Below, piece by piece: positions 1 to 17,293 of a stretch of 64,000 nucleotides of DNA. This DNA is from the human T2T-CHM13v2.0 reference genome, Homo sapiens: assembly GCF_009914755.1 (NCBI RefSeq), contig NC_060927.1; one strand, 5' to 3'. The notes beneath the pieces are model-generated. The model worked only from the letters and a program-made list of their open reading frames with translations. It had not been told where the DNA came from and searched no databases. Made by a program: the position numbers and the translations under genes. Positions within the stretch are counted from its first letter, which is position 1; each line of letters starts with the position of its first letter.

Positions 1-381
1 GATTTGGGAAAATGGGGGCTGTTGATATCCTTGATAAAAGCTGGGTCAGAGGCACTCATGGACCTTCCTGGTCTGGTCCTGCCTTCTTTTCCCAGCCCAC
101 CAGGGCACTGGGCTTTGGCGACCTCAAACTACTGGCAGTGCCTCATATGCCACCTGCCCCCATTTCGCAGGGAGCCCCCGTTCATCTTTCCAGATGGTGG
201 TGAGACGCCACCTCTCATTAAGCCTTCCCTATGCTGATACAAGATCTGCTCCCGTGCCCCTCACTTCACTCTACTCCCCCCTCATTCTGCTTCAGCCACA
301 GAGGCTTCATGCTGTTTCTCAGATGCACCCTGCACACTCCCTCCTGGAGCTCTGTACTGCACTGTCCCCTCTTCCCCTGGA

Positions 382-507
382 TTTCTGTGACACTCCCTCC
401 CGCACCTCCTTGGTTTCTGTGACACTCCCTCCTGCACCTCCTTAGTTTCTGTGACACTCCCTCCCGCACCTCCTTGGTTTCTGTGACACTCCCTCCCGCA
501 CCTCCTT
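382..507. repeat. 32-bp tandem repeat, ~4 copies (TTTCTGTGACACTCCCTCCCGCACCTCCTTGG)
   Basis: Units start at 382, 414, 446 and 478 and are near-identical. Confidence 0.95.
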
Positions 508-932
508 TGGATGAGGGAGCTCCAATTTACCTTCTTGGTGTGATCTTTCCTCCCTCTTGAAAATCTGACACCCCGTCCACCATGCTTTATCTTCTTTTCC
601 TGTTTTATTTTTCTCTACTGCTTTTACCACCCTGCAGAGAAGCAATTTACTTATCTTATTCCTTGCCTATCATCCCCCCTTGGAATATAAGCTCCGCAAG
701 GGCAAGAACTTCTCACTGAGGTGTTATATGCTGTATCTCCAACAGGGAACACTGTCAGCTTATCTTAGGTGCTCAGTAAATATCTGCTGAATAAATAAAC
801 AAGTAAATAAACATCGTGATGGGGCAAAGCCTGATCCAGGTGGGTTGCACCCCCTCTGGGGGTGCTTTTCTGCAACAAGGAGCAGAGCCGTGGGGAGGTA
901 ATGTACACAGGGTGTGGTGGTGTAGGTCTGTA

Positions 933-943
933 TGAGTGAGTGA

Positions 944-976
<33 letters not shown>
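933..976. repeat. (GAGT)n(GT)n microsatellite
   Basis: Directly visible. Confidence 0.95.
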
Positions 977-1942
977 CATGTGCTGAAATGACCCAGGAGA
1001 GAGCGTGGAGCCAGTGACGTAGGAGGTGGCAGACATCTGCTGGAGCTAAGTCCCTGAGTTGGCCAAAGGCAATGAGATATGAGAGATAAGAGGAACACTA
1101 ATTCTGAACAAGAGCAGAGAGAGTGTTTAGGTACAGATGTAGCCGGAATCCATCATGGGGCTAACACTACAGAATCGGGCTAGAAGCAAATTCCCCCTTT
1201 CAACCCCCACGGTGCCTTATCCAAAGCCTCTGGTGGTGCTAACTGCTTTCTGACTTGCCTGACTGATCTCAGATAGCAGATGGAATGGGTCAAGAGGTAG
1301 ATACCAACAGATATAACCTGCCAATGAGCTTGTCTGGTACTTTCTTCAAAATACCAGTCAACCAATTCTAGAATCACTGTTGCAGGAGTGGAAGGATCTA
1401 AGATCACCAGTCCAATCCTATTAGGGTAAGTAAGAGGAAACTGAGGCCCAGGGAGGGGACATGTTTGTCCCCTTCCGGGGTTAGTGGTCAGTCTAGGACT
1501 AGAACCGAAGGCCCTTTTGAAGAGTCTTCTGCAGCATCGAGCAGCCTCTGCCCTGTGCTGTGGAATCTGACTGTGGCTCCCTGTGTCACTGGATAAGCCA
1601 GCACAATGGCACAGAAGCCTAACATAGGACAAGGGACTTTACAACATTTTTATGGCATCATGGTTCTTGCTGGGACCCGCTGAGGTAGGTCCACATTCTG
1701 CAGAAGAATCCAGCACCAGGGATGCCACACCCATTCCCCAGAACCCTCCCCAGACGGGTTCTCTTGAGCACTGTCAGGAGAGCGACAGCCTTTCAGGAAA
1801 GCAGTTTGGGGATTTGAACAAAACCTAAAACCTGCACACCTTTGCAACTTGCACTTTCACATCTACGAAATGTTCCTAAGAATCGCCAGTGGAAGGAGGC
1901 AAAGATATATGTGCAAGATGGCTCACCCAGGCTTTGTTAATA

Positions 1943-2171
1943 CCGGTTGAGCATCCCTAATCCAATAATCCCAAATCTGAAATGTTCCAAAATCTGAATT
2001 TTGAGTGCTGACATGATGCTCCAGGGAAATACTCATTGGAGCACTTTGGATTTTGGATTTTCAGATCAGAGATGCTGAGCAAGTATAATGCAAATATTCC
2101 AAAATCTGGAAAAATCCAAAATCCAAAACACATCTGGTCCCAAGCATTTCAGATAAGAGATACTCGACCTG
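1943..2171. mobile_element. Tigger4a/Zombi-type non-autonomous Tc1-mariner DNA transposon
   Basis: TIRs CCGGTTGAGCATCCCT ... AGAGATACTCGACCTG flanked by TA; internal CCAAAATCTG repeats. Confidence 0.8.
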
Positions 2172-2514
2172 TAATAGCAAAACTCACAAATAATGTATAC
2201 ACCTGCATTTAAGCTGCCTTGGAGCAAGAGATTGGGAAGACTTCACTTTTTTACATAATATACTTCTGTATTATTTGAATTTATTATGAATATGTAGTAT
2301 TACTTTCACAATTCAAAGAAGTAAAGATTAAAAGGACAAACAAAACCTTCTCTGATCCAGATGGAATGATGTTTAGAGCATGGCAATATAAATGATTTCT
2401 TTTACTTGTTTATATTATTGAAATTTTACGTTGGGTATCAAATATTACAAAGATATCAACATAGTATGGGAAATTCCTCCCCTGGGTTCCTACTGGCTTG
2501 AAAATAAAGAAAAA

Positions 2515-2762
2515 TGTCTCACCCACCGAGCAGAGAAAGCAAGTTGTCCTGAATGCCCACTCTTCCCTTCATCCTTCTTCTATAGCAGTAGAACGCCTGA
2601 CATTTTAGGCCGGGTACATATTGTCTCAGAATACTCACTACATTTTCCAGCCTTCCTTGCAGCCAGGTAAGGCCATGTGACTAAGTTCTGGCCAAGAGAA
2701 TGAGAGCACAGGTGATATCTGCAGAGGAAGCTTCTGGGTCATGTCCTTAAAGAACAGGGGTA
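2515..2762 (+). mobile_element. Old MaLR LTR fragment (MLT1-type)
   Basis: CATTTTCCAGCCTTCCTTGCAGCCAGG..GGCCATGTGACTAAGTTCTGGCCAA resembles MLT1 consensus. Confidence 0.55.
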
Positions 2763-3009
2763 TGCACTCAGAAGAGAAATACAATAAAAACAACACTGAG
2801 GTACATTTCCCACCTATCAGACTGGCAAAAACCAAAAGCTTGATGCATACTCTGTTGGTGAAATTGTGTGGAAATAGGCACTCATGCACTCCTGGAGGGA
2901 ATGTAAAATTACATGACCCCTAGGATGGAAAATTTGGGAATATCTTTAAAATGACAATATATTTTATTTACACTCTGATCTAAGAGCAATCTCACTCCCA
3001 AGGAATTTA

Positions 3010-3273
<264 letters not shown>

Positions 3274-3690
3274 TTATTCATTGTGGCATTATTTGTAATT
3301 GCAAAATATTGAAAACACCTAAATGCTCATTTACAGGAGATTTTGATGAAGTAAATTATGATCCGCCCACTCAGTGGGTGCTTCAAAGCTGTGAACAAAG
3401 TGAAAAAGATCTCTGTGAGGTCATACAACCTGATTTCCAAGGTATATTGTTGATGTTTTAAAAAACCAAAGAGTATATGCAATATGCAAACACTTGTGTA
3501 ACATGGGGAAAAATGAAGGAATGGAGTGGAACAGATAGGGGTGAGGGAATAACGCTACTTTGATTTTACCAATTTGTATAATTTTTGCCTTTACAGCCTT
3601 GTTAACAGTTTACATATTCAGAAATTAAATTACATCAACAAGAATCAACAACAAGGAAAACAGATCACAAATAAATGGCATTATATTTCA

Positions 3691-4118
<428 letters not shown>

Positions 4119-4844
4119 CATAGGCACACAACAGAATACCACTCAGCAATACAAAGGAATGAGCTACTGATGCATTCTGCAACATGGATGACTCTCAAAA
4201 ACATCACACTAAGTGTTCAAGAAGTGTGGCACAAAAGGCCATGTATTGTATGATTTCATGTAGATGAAAAGTCCAGAAAATGCAAACCTAAAGAAATAGA
4301 AATCAGTGGCTGCTCAGGGCTAGAGGTATATGTGGAGATTAACTGCCAATGGTCAAGAGAGAGAATTCTGAGTGATGGACGTATTCTAAAGTGGATTGTG
4401 GTGGTGGGCGCACAACTTTCTAACTGGGGCACTGCCCACTGTTTGCTTTTGCAGTCTCGGGTCCCAGTGCTTCCCTTCATGCACCTTAAATTCTACTTAA
4501 TGTGTCCCGAAGGAGCCTCATGCTTTCAAGCCTCTGCCCAGGCTATTCCTCCCGTCCAGCAGGTAACTCCTCCCAGTCTCCACCTGTGGCAGTGTTATTT
4601 ACTCGCCATGGCCCAGAACAAATGTCACTTCCTCTGGCATGCCATCATCAATCCCTTCCTCCTACACAGTCTCGCCGAACATTCTCGCACACCCCTGAGA
4701 ATCTGCTTCACTCGAATTCTTCAGCTGTGTCTATGCATGGCTGTCTCCTCACCACTCGACAGGGAGCAACTTCAGGGCAGGGACAAGGTCTCATTCTTCT
4801 ACTGCACCTAGCAAAGTGTCAGGTACATCATAGCATTTGACGAA

Positions 4845-4898
4845 TGATGGATAGATGAGAGGATGGATGGATGGATGGATGCATGGATGATGGATGGA
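4845..4898. repeat. (GGAT)n microsatellite
   Basis: Directly visible. Confidence 0.9.
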
Positions 4899-5055
4899 CA
4901 AAGCTATGAAGAACAAGTGGGACTGAAGCCGATGGAAAATGGACAGGCTGGTTTAAGCAAAGGTGAGCCAGTTGTTAGGAAAGCACTTTTTAAAAGACTA
5001 AAAAACAATGACTATGTGTAAAAGACAATGGTGAAGAAGATAACTCGTCTCTTAC

Positions 5056-5166
5056 CTTCATCAAGCAGCCAGCAAACACAAGGAAGCCTTTTGAATGCAG
5101 ATGCTTGGCCAATGAGAACCCAAATCCAGAGTCACAGCCTGTGACCAGGACAGCTTTGCTGCCAAC
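5056..5166 (-). CDS. BDH1: BDH1 coding exon 3 (aa 53-89, [37 protein letters not shown]), SDR Rossmann-fold NAD-binding motif
   Basis: 111 nt = 37 codons; acceptor ACAG|GTT, donor AAG|GTAAG; TGxxxGxG motif; matches BDH1 protein as I recall it. Later exons lie left of the window. Confidence 0.97.
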
Positions 5167-5524
5167 CTGTTTTACAAGGTCAGATTCCATGTTAGGAACC
5201 GGTGGTACAGGGGCAAAGTGACCAGGCCTCTCCACCCTCTGTGCAGTGAGAGTTAGTGCTTCCTGAGTGGCCCAAGCCTGGCCCTCCCTACCTTGTTCTT
5301 GTTGTCTGGAGAAGCACCATGGTATAGTGGAAAGGCCAGGTTCTAACCCAGACTCGGCTACCAACCAGCAATGTTGCTTGGGAAAATTACTTCTGCCTTC
5401 AGGATCTCATCTACAATCCCCCATGCTACATGTGAGAAACAGAGGTCTTTTTAAAACGCTCAATGTAGCTAGTGATAGAGCTGGAACTGAAACCAGGGCT
5501 GAGAGATTCCAGAGTCTAAACTCT

Positions 5525-5820
5525 TCTTCTTTTTTTTGAGATGGAGTTTGGCTCTTGTTGCCCAGGCTGGAGGGCAATGGCCAGTCTCGGCTCACCGCAA
5601 AACCTTCACCTTCCAGGTTCAAGCAGTTCTCCTGCCTCAGCCTCCCAAGTAGCTGGGATTACAGGCATGCACCTCCACGCCCGGCTAATTTTGTATTTTT
5701 AGTAGAGATGGGGTTTCTCCATGTTGGCCAGGCTGGTCTTGAACTCCCTACCTTAGTTGATCCACCCACCTCGGCCTCCCAAAGTGCTGGGATTACAGGC
5801 GGGAGCCACCGCCCTGGGCC
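5525..5820 (-). mobile_element. Alu (S-type)
   Basis: 17-bp TSD TCC(A/G)GAGTCTAAACTCT at 5508-5524 and 5821-5837. Confidence 0.95.
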
Positions 5821-6132
5821 TCCGGAGTCTAAACTCTTAACCCCTAACTTGCTGGGTGGGGCTGGGAGTTCTCGCCCCCCACCTAGGCCTCCAGTGATAC
5901 CTTCCTGGCTGGGAGGGGCTGGAGTGCCTCATTACTGCTTCCTCCCCACATGGATGGGGGTGTGTGAGCTCATTACTGATGAGGGGCTTTGGGGGAGGGT
6001 TAAGTGAGAAAGTGGCTCCCAGTGTCCTGGAAACACTAAGGCCCCACTCTGAGGGTAGCTCAGGGCCTAGGGGCCCAGAAGAAAGGGTTCTGACCATCCA
6101 ACTGGCTCCCGGGTAGCTGGGCTTCCACTCAC

Positions 6133-6205
6133 CGGCTCCGCCGCACTGGCATAAGTCCGACGGCCAATCGGGATAAAGGAAGTAGAACCAAGCAATAGTG
6201 GGCGT
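6133..6205 (-). CDS. BDH1: BDH1 coding exon 2 ([25 protein letters not shown]), end of mitochondrial presequence
   Basis: 73 nt; acceptor TTTTCTCTTGCAG|A, donor CCG|GTGAG; phases 2 and 0 fit the neighbouring exons. Confidence 0.97.
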
Positions 6206-7508
6206 CTGCAAGAGAAAAGGAAGCCGTGAGTACAAGGACAGACTAGACAGACCCTCAGCCACACTGGCCTAGAGCAGCACTGGGTGTCTCTCCAGCCCCG
6301 GCTCCTGGAGACAGCTTGCTGGTACAACTGAGTAAGAGGCCCTCTTTCCACCAGGGTTGCTGGCTGATAGAAAGTGAGCCAGTATTTGCTATGGCTATGT
6401 TTGCCACTGTCCAGGAAGAGCCTTCCTGAGAATAAAGCCAATTCTGAAGCTACTTTTGTTGGGCAGGCTCTGCTAAACCCTGGCCATCCAGTGTCCCACT
6501 CCAATAAAGTTCCATTTTCTGCTTTCCAAGATGACATGGATAGGTAATGTTTCAAGCTAATTCAAGTGTGAACTATCCTTGTAGTAGTATAGCTTTGTTA
6601 AAGCCTGCTGCAATTTTGATGTCTTAATCCACAGTAGGCTAAGCTTCCTGAGAGTTACTTCAATCATACTTTTTATTTTGAAATAATTGTAGATTCACAT
6701 GCAATTAAGAAATAATACAGAGAGATGCCAGGTCTTACCTCATTTCCCCTAAGGGTAGTATCTTGCAAAACTGTATTACCATATCACAACCAGGATACTG
6801 ACACGGATACAATAAAAATACAGAAATTTCCATCACCACAAGGATCCTTCATGTTACCCGTTTATAGCCACACCTACTTTCTTCCCACCCGGCTCCATCT
6901 TTAACCACAAATCTGTTCCCCATCTCTGTAATTTTAGAATTTCAAGAATGTTATGTAAATGGCATCATACAGTATGTATCCTTCAGGGGCTGGCTTTTTT
7001 CATTCAACATAATTCTCTGGAGATTCATCCAGATTGTTATGTATCAATAATTTGCTCCTTGTTATTGCTAGGTAGTGCTCCATGACACAGGGGTATGACA
7101 ATTTGCTTAACTATTTACCTACTGAAGGACAGCTGAGTTGTTTCCTGTTTGGGCATATTATGAATAAAGCTGCTTGAACATTCCTACACAGGTTTTTGCG
7201 CAAACGTTGAGTTTTCATTTCTCTTGGGTAGGTGCCCAGGGGTGTAATTGCTGGGTCATATGGTAGTTGCAGGTTTAGTTTTTTAAGAAACTGACAAACT
7301 GTTTATGAAAGTGGCTATAGTACGCTACAGCCCCAGTGGCAGTGTCTGAACAACCCAGTTTCCCCACAGCCTTGTCGGCATTTGGTGGTGTCACTATTTT
7401 CTAGTTTAGCCATGCTGAAAACTGTATCATGATATTTCGCTGTGGTTTTAATCTGCATTTCCCTAATGGCTAATGATGTTGAACATCTTTTCATGTTTAT
7501 TTGTCACC

Positions 7509-7849
7509 TGTCTTAGTCTGTTTGGGCTGCTATAACAAAATATCATAGACCGGGTGGCTTACCAACAACAGACTTATATTCCTTACAGTTCTGGAAGCTG
7601 GGGAGTTGAAGTGCAAAGTGCCAGCAGACTGTGTTTGGTGAGGGCCCACTTTCTTCATAGACAGATGTCTTCTCACTGTAACCTCACATGGCAAAGGTCT
7701 CTTTTATAAAGACACTAATCCCATCCATGAGGACTCCACCTTTATGACCTAATCACTTCCCAGGGCCCCTGCCTCCTAATACCAATACCTTGGGGGTTAG
7801 GATTTCAACACAGGAATTTGAGGAGAATGCAAACATTCGGACCATAGCA
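7509..7849 (-). mobile_element. MaLR solo LTR (MLT1A/MST-type) nested in L1
   Basis: TGTCTTAGTCTGTTTGGGCTGCTATAACAAAATA ... ACCATAGCA termini. Confidence 0.8.
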
Positions 7850-8407
7850 CCCTATGTTTGGTAAAATGCCTCTTCATGTCTTTTGCCCATATTCTATTGA
7901 ATCGTTCATTCTTCTACCCCGTTGAATGTTGAGAATTCTTCAGATGTCCTAGCTGCTAGTCCTTGGTTACATATGTGGTAGGCAAAATTTTTCTCCTAGC
8001 CTATGACGTGCCTTTTTATCCTCTGTAGCAGGGTCTACTGCAGGGGCAAAAGTATTTCACTTGGACTCGGAATCAGGAAACCAGGGGTTGTAACCCAGAC
8101 TCTGCCACCAACCAACAACGTTGCTTAGAGAAATTACTTCTGCCTTCAGGATCTCAGTGTCCTCGTCTACAATCATCCATGCACCACGTGGGACAACAGA
8201 GGAATTTTCAATGCCCAATGTAGTTAGTGATAGAGCTAACTAGTGAAACCAAGGCTGAGAGAGTCCAGAGTCTAAACTCTTAACCCCTAAATAAAGTCTA
8301 GTATTTTCCTATTATGCGGCATGCTTTTGATGTCAAGTCTCAGAGCTCTTTGCCCCCAGGACCCAAAGATTTTCTTCTATGTTCTTTTCTAAAAGTTTTA
8401 TAGTTTT

Positions 8408-8727
<320 letters not shown>

Positions 8728-9183
8728 TTAAGTCTATGATCCATTAATTTTTGTATAAGACGTCAGACTTAGGTCTAAGTTTTGTGTCCATTTGCTCCAG
8801 CGCCATTTTTTGAAAACGTTATCTTTCCTCTATTGAATTGCTTTTGCACTTTTGTCAAAAATTGGTTGGGCATATTTGGGTGGGCCTATTTCTGGATTTT
8901 CTATTTTGATTCATTGATATATGTGCTGCTACTTTATTTTTCTTCTTCAAAATTCTTTTAGCTATTCTATTTCCTTTGCCTTTCCATATAAATTTTAGAG
9001 TAATCTTGTCTTCATCTATAAAAAATATGACTGGGATTTTTATAGAAAGTGTGCTAAACCTGTATATCAATTTGGGGAAAGTTGGCATCTTTACTTTGTT
9101 GAGTCTTCCAATTCCTGAGTACAGTATGGGGTTTCCATTTACATAGATCTTTGATTTCTTTCATCAGTGTTGTGTCGTTTTCA

Positions 9184-9530
<347 letters not shown>

Positions 9531-9609
9531 TCCTACACATGCTGTGTTATGTGTAACATGTTTGTTACATCTATTTCTCTCTTTTTTTGAGCAACTACAA
9601 ATGGTATTG

Positions 9610-9932
<323 letters not shown>

Positions 9933-10943
9933 GAAACTGTATTGTTTTAAAATTTGATATCCATATGTTCATTGCTAGTATACAGAAATGCAATTGATTT
10001 TTGTGTGTTATCTTGTATCTTGTAACCCTGCTAAACTTACTTATTAGTTCTAGGAGTTTTTTTGTGGATGCCTTGGGATCTTCTATGTACACAATCATGT
10101 AATCTGCAAATATGGGGTCTTATTCCTTCTTTTCCAATCTATATGACTTTTACTTCCATTTCTTACCTTATTGCACTGGCTAGAAATTACAGCACTATGT
10201 TGGATAAGCGGTGAGAACTAATATCCTTGGTTTGTTCCCCATCTTAGGGACAAAGCATTCAGTCTCACCCTTAAGTATGTTAGCTGAAGGCTTATGGTGT
10301 TTACCCTTTATCAAGTTCAGGAAAATCCCCCTCTATGTCTATTTTTCCTGAGATTTTTAAAATCATAAATGTGTGCTAAATTTTGCATCTTCTGCATTGA
10401 TAGAGAGCATCATGTAAGTTTTCTTCTTTTAGTTCATTAATTTGGTGGATGAGATTAATTTTCAAATAATGAACCATCCTTATATCCCTGGAACAAACCC
10501 ACTTGTTCTGTCCTACTGCACTGGTCATTTGGCTAGAGAGAGCAAATTTTTGTTGGGGCTTTTTGCGTCTGAGCTTACTGGTATTTCTGGGTTGCCGGCT
10601 GCTTCAACTCCAAGTCTGGGACATAAGAAACAAAAAGAAAACCTAGAGAACTCATCACTGCACCATTTCTTGGGTCCTGAGGTCCTTAGCTGGTCTGCCT
10701 TCTTCTCTCTGCCTTTTAAGAGGCTTTTTATATATTACATACTTACTAAATTATTTATAATTTATGTAATATCCAGGGTTTTTAGTTGTACTTGACAGAA
10801 AGAATAGAGAAAAGTACATCTACTCCATCTTCCCAGAAGCGGAGGTCCTGTTAGTTTTTAAAGGATATTAACCCAGTAATGACAAATGAAGGAGGTAGGG
10901 GTGAATGAGCAGGTGGTAACAGGGGAAAAGAGATGGGAGATAG

Positions 10944-11362
<419 letters not shown>

Positions 11363-11622
11363 TAAAATATGTTCTTAAAGAACATTAAATTCACTAGACA
11401 GAAATGAGGGTTCACTAGGAAAACCTGCCAAGGTAACCCCCTGTCCTTTTGTACTGCCACAGAGGAGTCTGGATTTTAAGTCCTTGTGCACGGATGGTCT
11501 CAAGTGATCAGGATAGTGTGGTCGGTACACCCAAAGCTTGTGAATGACTCCATCCAAAGAGCATCAGTCTGTATTCCCATGACCCCCAGTGTTGCTCTGC
11601 AGAAAGAATGAGAAGGTGTCAT

Positions 11623-12646
<1,024 letters not shown>

Positions 12647-12662
12647 TCCCTAGTGGAACTAG

Positions 12663-13001
<339 letters not shown>

Positions 13002-13031
13002 TGACATTTTTAAAAGTAACAAAAAGGTTGT

Positions 13032-13335
<304 letters not shown>

Positions 13336-14549
13336 ACAAAAAGGTCTAGGCAAGAGAGCTTATTTCAGATTGACTTGCTGCCCGTCTTTCTCTAAACTGT
13401 CTCTCCATTGTCAAATATATTCAGACCTAAAATTAACTGAGTCTGGGTGTATTATACCAGGCTCTACCACTTATACCCAACAGTCAATGGCGCATTTCTA
13501 CTCTTCCAGAGAGCAGAAGGTTCTATCTCGACTCACCTGCCCCCCCCACAGCAATACCCTGACAAGGTGGGTAAGGTGGGGCTGTGAATACTCCTGGGCG
13601 GGCAGCTCCAGCTAGCATGAGAGTGCCTCCTGAGCACTGCTGGACTTCTCGGCCTTTCCTTCTTGGCCACTGCTGGGATTGCCTCATCCTACTCTAATTC
13701 CTCTTCCCTCAATTTGCAGCTCTTACAGTCGCTGTGGGATCCCCATCTTAGGGCTGCTTCTCAATTTGAAGGGGCCTTGGGACCAGGAAGACCTTACTGC
13801 CTCAGCTCTCAAAAGTTAGTTAACAAGCACTTGGGGAGCTTGTTAAAATGCAAACTCCCAGGTCCCTCCCGTTGACATTCTGATTCAGTAGGAAGGGGTG
13901 GCCCCAGAAATCTGCCTGTGTCATTCACCTCAGGGGATTCCAGTGCAACAGGTCCTGGGGGAAGAACTGGTTCATCTAGTCCACAGCAGTTGTTCTCTGG
14001 GCCCCTGTTTATTAGAATCACTTGGAAATGTGATCATGGTCGTGTGGTTATATTACTAAAACGAGTTCTTATCATTTAGAGATAAATATTAAAATATTTG
14101 CAAATGAAATACCATGTCCAGGAATTGCTTCGAAAATTAATCTGGTATGGGGAGGGGGAGGAAAATGGAGATGTAGCTGAAACAAGATTGGCCATGTGCT
14201 GATAATTATGGAAACCCAGGTGACAGGTACACCAGGGATCAATATACAGCTTTCTACTTTTGCGTATGTTTGAGATTCTCCATAGAATGATTTTTTTTTT
14301 CTTTTTAATCACAGGGAAGTTCTTTAAAGTATTCCTTTGCCTAGCCTCACTCCTGACCCAGAGGTGAGGCACAGACACTTTTTCCCTCACTGTTCTCTAG
14401 GTGATTCTAACCCACAACCAAGGTTCAATACCACTGCCCTACAGGAAAAGAAAAACAAAGACCTATCCCCAGGGGGTTCCCCTTTGAGCCCCTTGAATGC
14501 CAAAGCCCCAATATCCCTGTGAACAGCTGGAGGCCACAGCCCAGCTGAG

Positions 14550-14945
14550 CTGTGACAGACACTGCTCTTTGCCTGCCAGCATCCGTTCTTCTCATCTGCC
14601 TCACTAACAAGAATCTGGATTTTGTCCAGGGACAGCAGTGCGCCCAACGCTTTCCAGATTACCACCCACCTAGTGGTCACGTGACCTGCCTCTGGCCAAT
14701 AGGCTGCAAGCGGAGGTCGACCACAATTGCTGAGTTTTGCTTTCCCGATGCAGGTGCGTTGCTTGTCCCTGCCTGGACTGAGGCTGGAGGTGAAGGACTA
14801 TCACAGTATCCTGGGATCCTGAGCTGCCTTCAGAATAACACAGCAGAAAAAAACAAGGAGCCTGGGCTCCCCAAAGCCACAATGGCCCTAGACTTCTAGG
14901 GGTTCCTGCTATTCTTAGTGTGAGGCAATCCCAGCTCATACACTG
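14550..14945 (+). mobile_element. Old MaLR LTR (MLT1-type)
   Basis: Degenerate MLT1 core; same family signature as 2515-2762. Confidence 0.5.
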
Positions 14946-15004
14946 GTCTCCCAGGGCTAAGAATGCCCATGAGGCGTTAGGCCCAAAACCAGCACATAAA
15001 ATAG

Positions 15005-15465
<461 letters not shown>

Positions 15466-17233
15466 CGGTCAACACACTTTCTGAAGGGAGAGCCCAAAGG
15501 GGTGGCTGTGAGGTTCAGAAGACGAGAGCTTCCTGATTTTTGCCCTAACCCAGGAACAGAATGAGAGGGAGGAAGTGGTGCAGTCTGGCACCTCCCCAAG
15601 GCCCTGTGGAAGAGCCTGCTGTCCTCAGCGCCCTGGTCATCCCGGCCGCATTTGAGAGCGCTCCCTATGCTGGCCAGGGCGTTCATTCTGGCTTCTTCTC
15701 TATCTTACCAGTCTGTGTGTCTGTGCCTTTTATTGTCCCCATCAGGAATCAGAAACAATAACCAGTAACCCAGCTTTCTGCTGAGAGGAGCCATGAGTCC
15801 ATTTGAATCTAACAAGACGGGGCTTAGGAGGAACACATATCAGTGGCACAGGTGCAGCTCGGGAGAAATATGGCCTCACGGCAGCATCTGTGAAAAAAAT
15901 TTAGCCTGTTTGACCATGAATCCCGCATGTGATGTGGCAGCCAAAAGAAGCTATGTGAGCCTAGGCTGGACAGGAAAGAAACTAGGATAGGGGAGGCAAG
16001 AGCCCTTCTCCACTCTGCCCGGGTCAGGCCACCCTGGGAGCACTATGTGCTGTACCTGGCCTGGCAGAGCTGAGCACTGGTGATCACAGCCCAGGAGGCA
16101 GGGTCCCAGATGTGAGCAAGGCACCTGCCCCAGGGATGCCAGAGTCTTCTGGCAAAGCCAGAAATCTGAGAAATCTGAAATCGGAGGGCCATGGGGAGCC
16201 AGTAAGCACAGCAGGTTGTCAAGTGTTGGGGTTGGGGGCCTTATCCAGCCACTCCTGGGAAGGTTTTCATCTGGACGGAGCCATGTGTACTGGGTGATGC
16301 CTGCTCTGGGCATGTCAAGAGTGGTGGGTGTTTTGTTCAGGCACCACACCTTAAGAAGGAGCACAGGCAAAGTGCAGACCATTCAGCGGGGAGACCTGGA
16401 TGATAGTGGGGAAACCATGAGAGATAAACAAGGAGAAACCATGTGGGTGGAGTAAGAGTAGACAAGTGGGTGGGTATTGAGGTGGCACAGTGCCCCTGGG
16501 GAGAAGGGAATAACTCGCTCAGTGTGAATGCAGGGGCAGACCCAAGAACAAGGAGTGGCATTAACAGGAGAAAAGATTTCTCCTCAATAAGGAGATGTCC
16601 AAACACAGGAGGCCTGCTATGAGAGGTACTAACCTCTCCATCACTGGACATATTCAAACAGAGGCGATAAAGTCACTTGGTAAGGATGCTATCAGCAAGA
16701 TTCACTCACAGGTGCAGACTGGAGTATGAGGCCCTTTCCAACTGAGACTCAAGCAAAATGATCAGGCCAAAGTTTTCCCTCTGAGGGACTGTGGGATCCT
16801 AGGCATGGCGATTACCCACCATGCCAGCCTCCTTCTGTACCTGGGTCCCCCTCCACGCTGCCCATACCTTCACCCTACGACATTGACTCTACTCTGACAG
16901 CTCTGCGGCTGCCCAACCACCACCCAGGCCCCTCAACCTAACCAAGTTACTTCTCAGTCCATCCAGAAGATTCCAAATTCCCTTTGACAATCTTTCTTTC
17001 CCCTCAAGTGAGCCAGGAGCTTGACTAATGCCTCATTTTCCTTACATTTAAGAACAAAACCTTTGTAAAAGTATTTTAACTTCATGTGGGATTATCTTCT
17101 CCTCTATAAAAAAACTCCAGAAATCTCTAAAAGCCATGTTGGAGACAGATCTTGCCATCTTTATGAATCACTCACTGAAAAAACAATTGCAGCAAGTCAC
17201 CTTCTTTCAAAAGCCCTTCAACAAAGCCGAGCT

Positions 17234-17293
17234 CCGTCCCCGCTCTGATGGCAGGGGCCTCCGCCGTCCCCGCTGTGATGGCAGGGGCCTCCT
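17234..17293. repeat. 30-bp tandem duplication (CCGTCCCCGCT(C/G)TGATGGCAGGGGCCTCC)
   Basis: Two adjacent near-identical copies. Confidence 0.9.

Noticed and set aside
4990-6555. ORFs of 124 and 162 aa as standalone genes
   Set aside because: They are BDH1 exons read through into intron; only the spliced parts are coding
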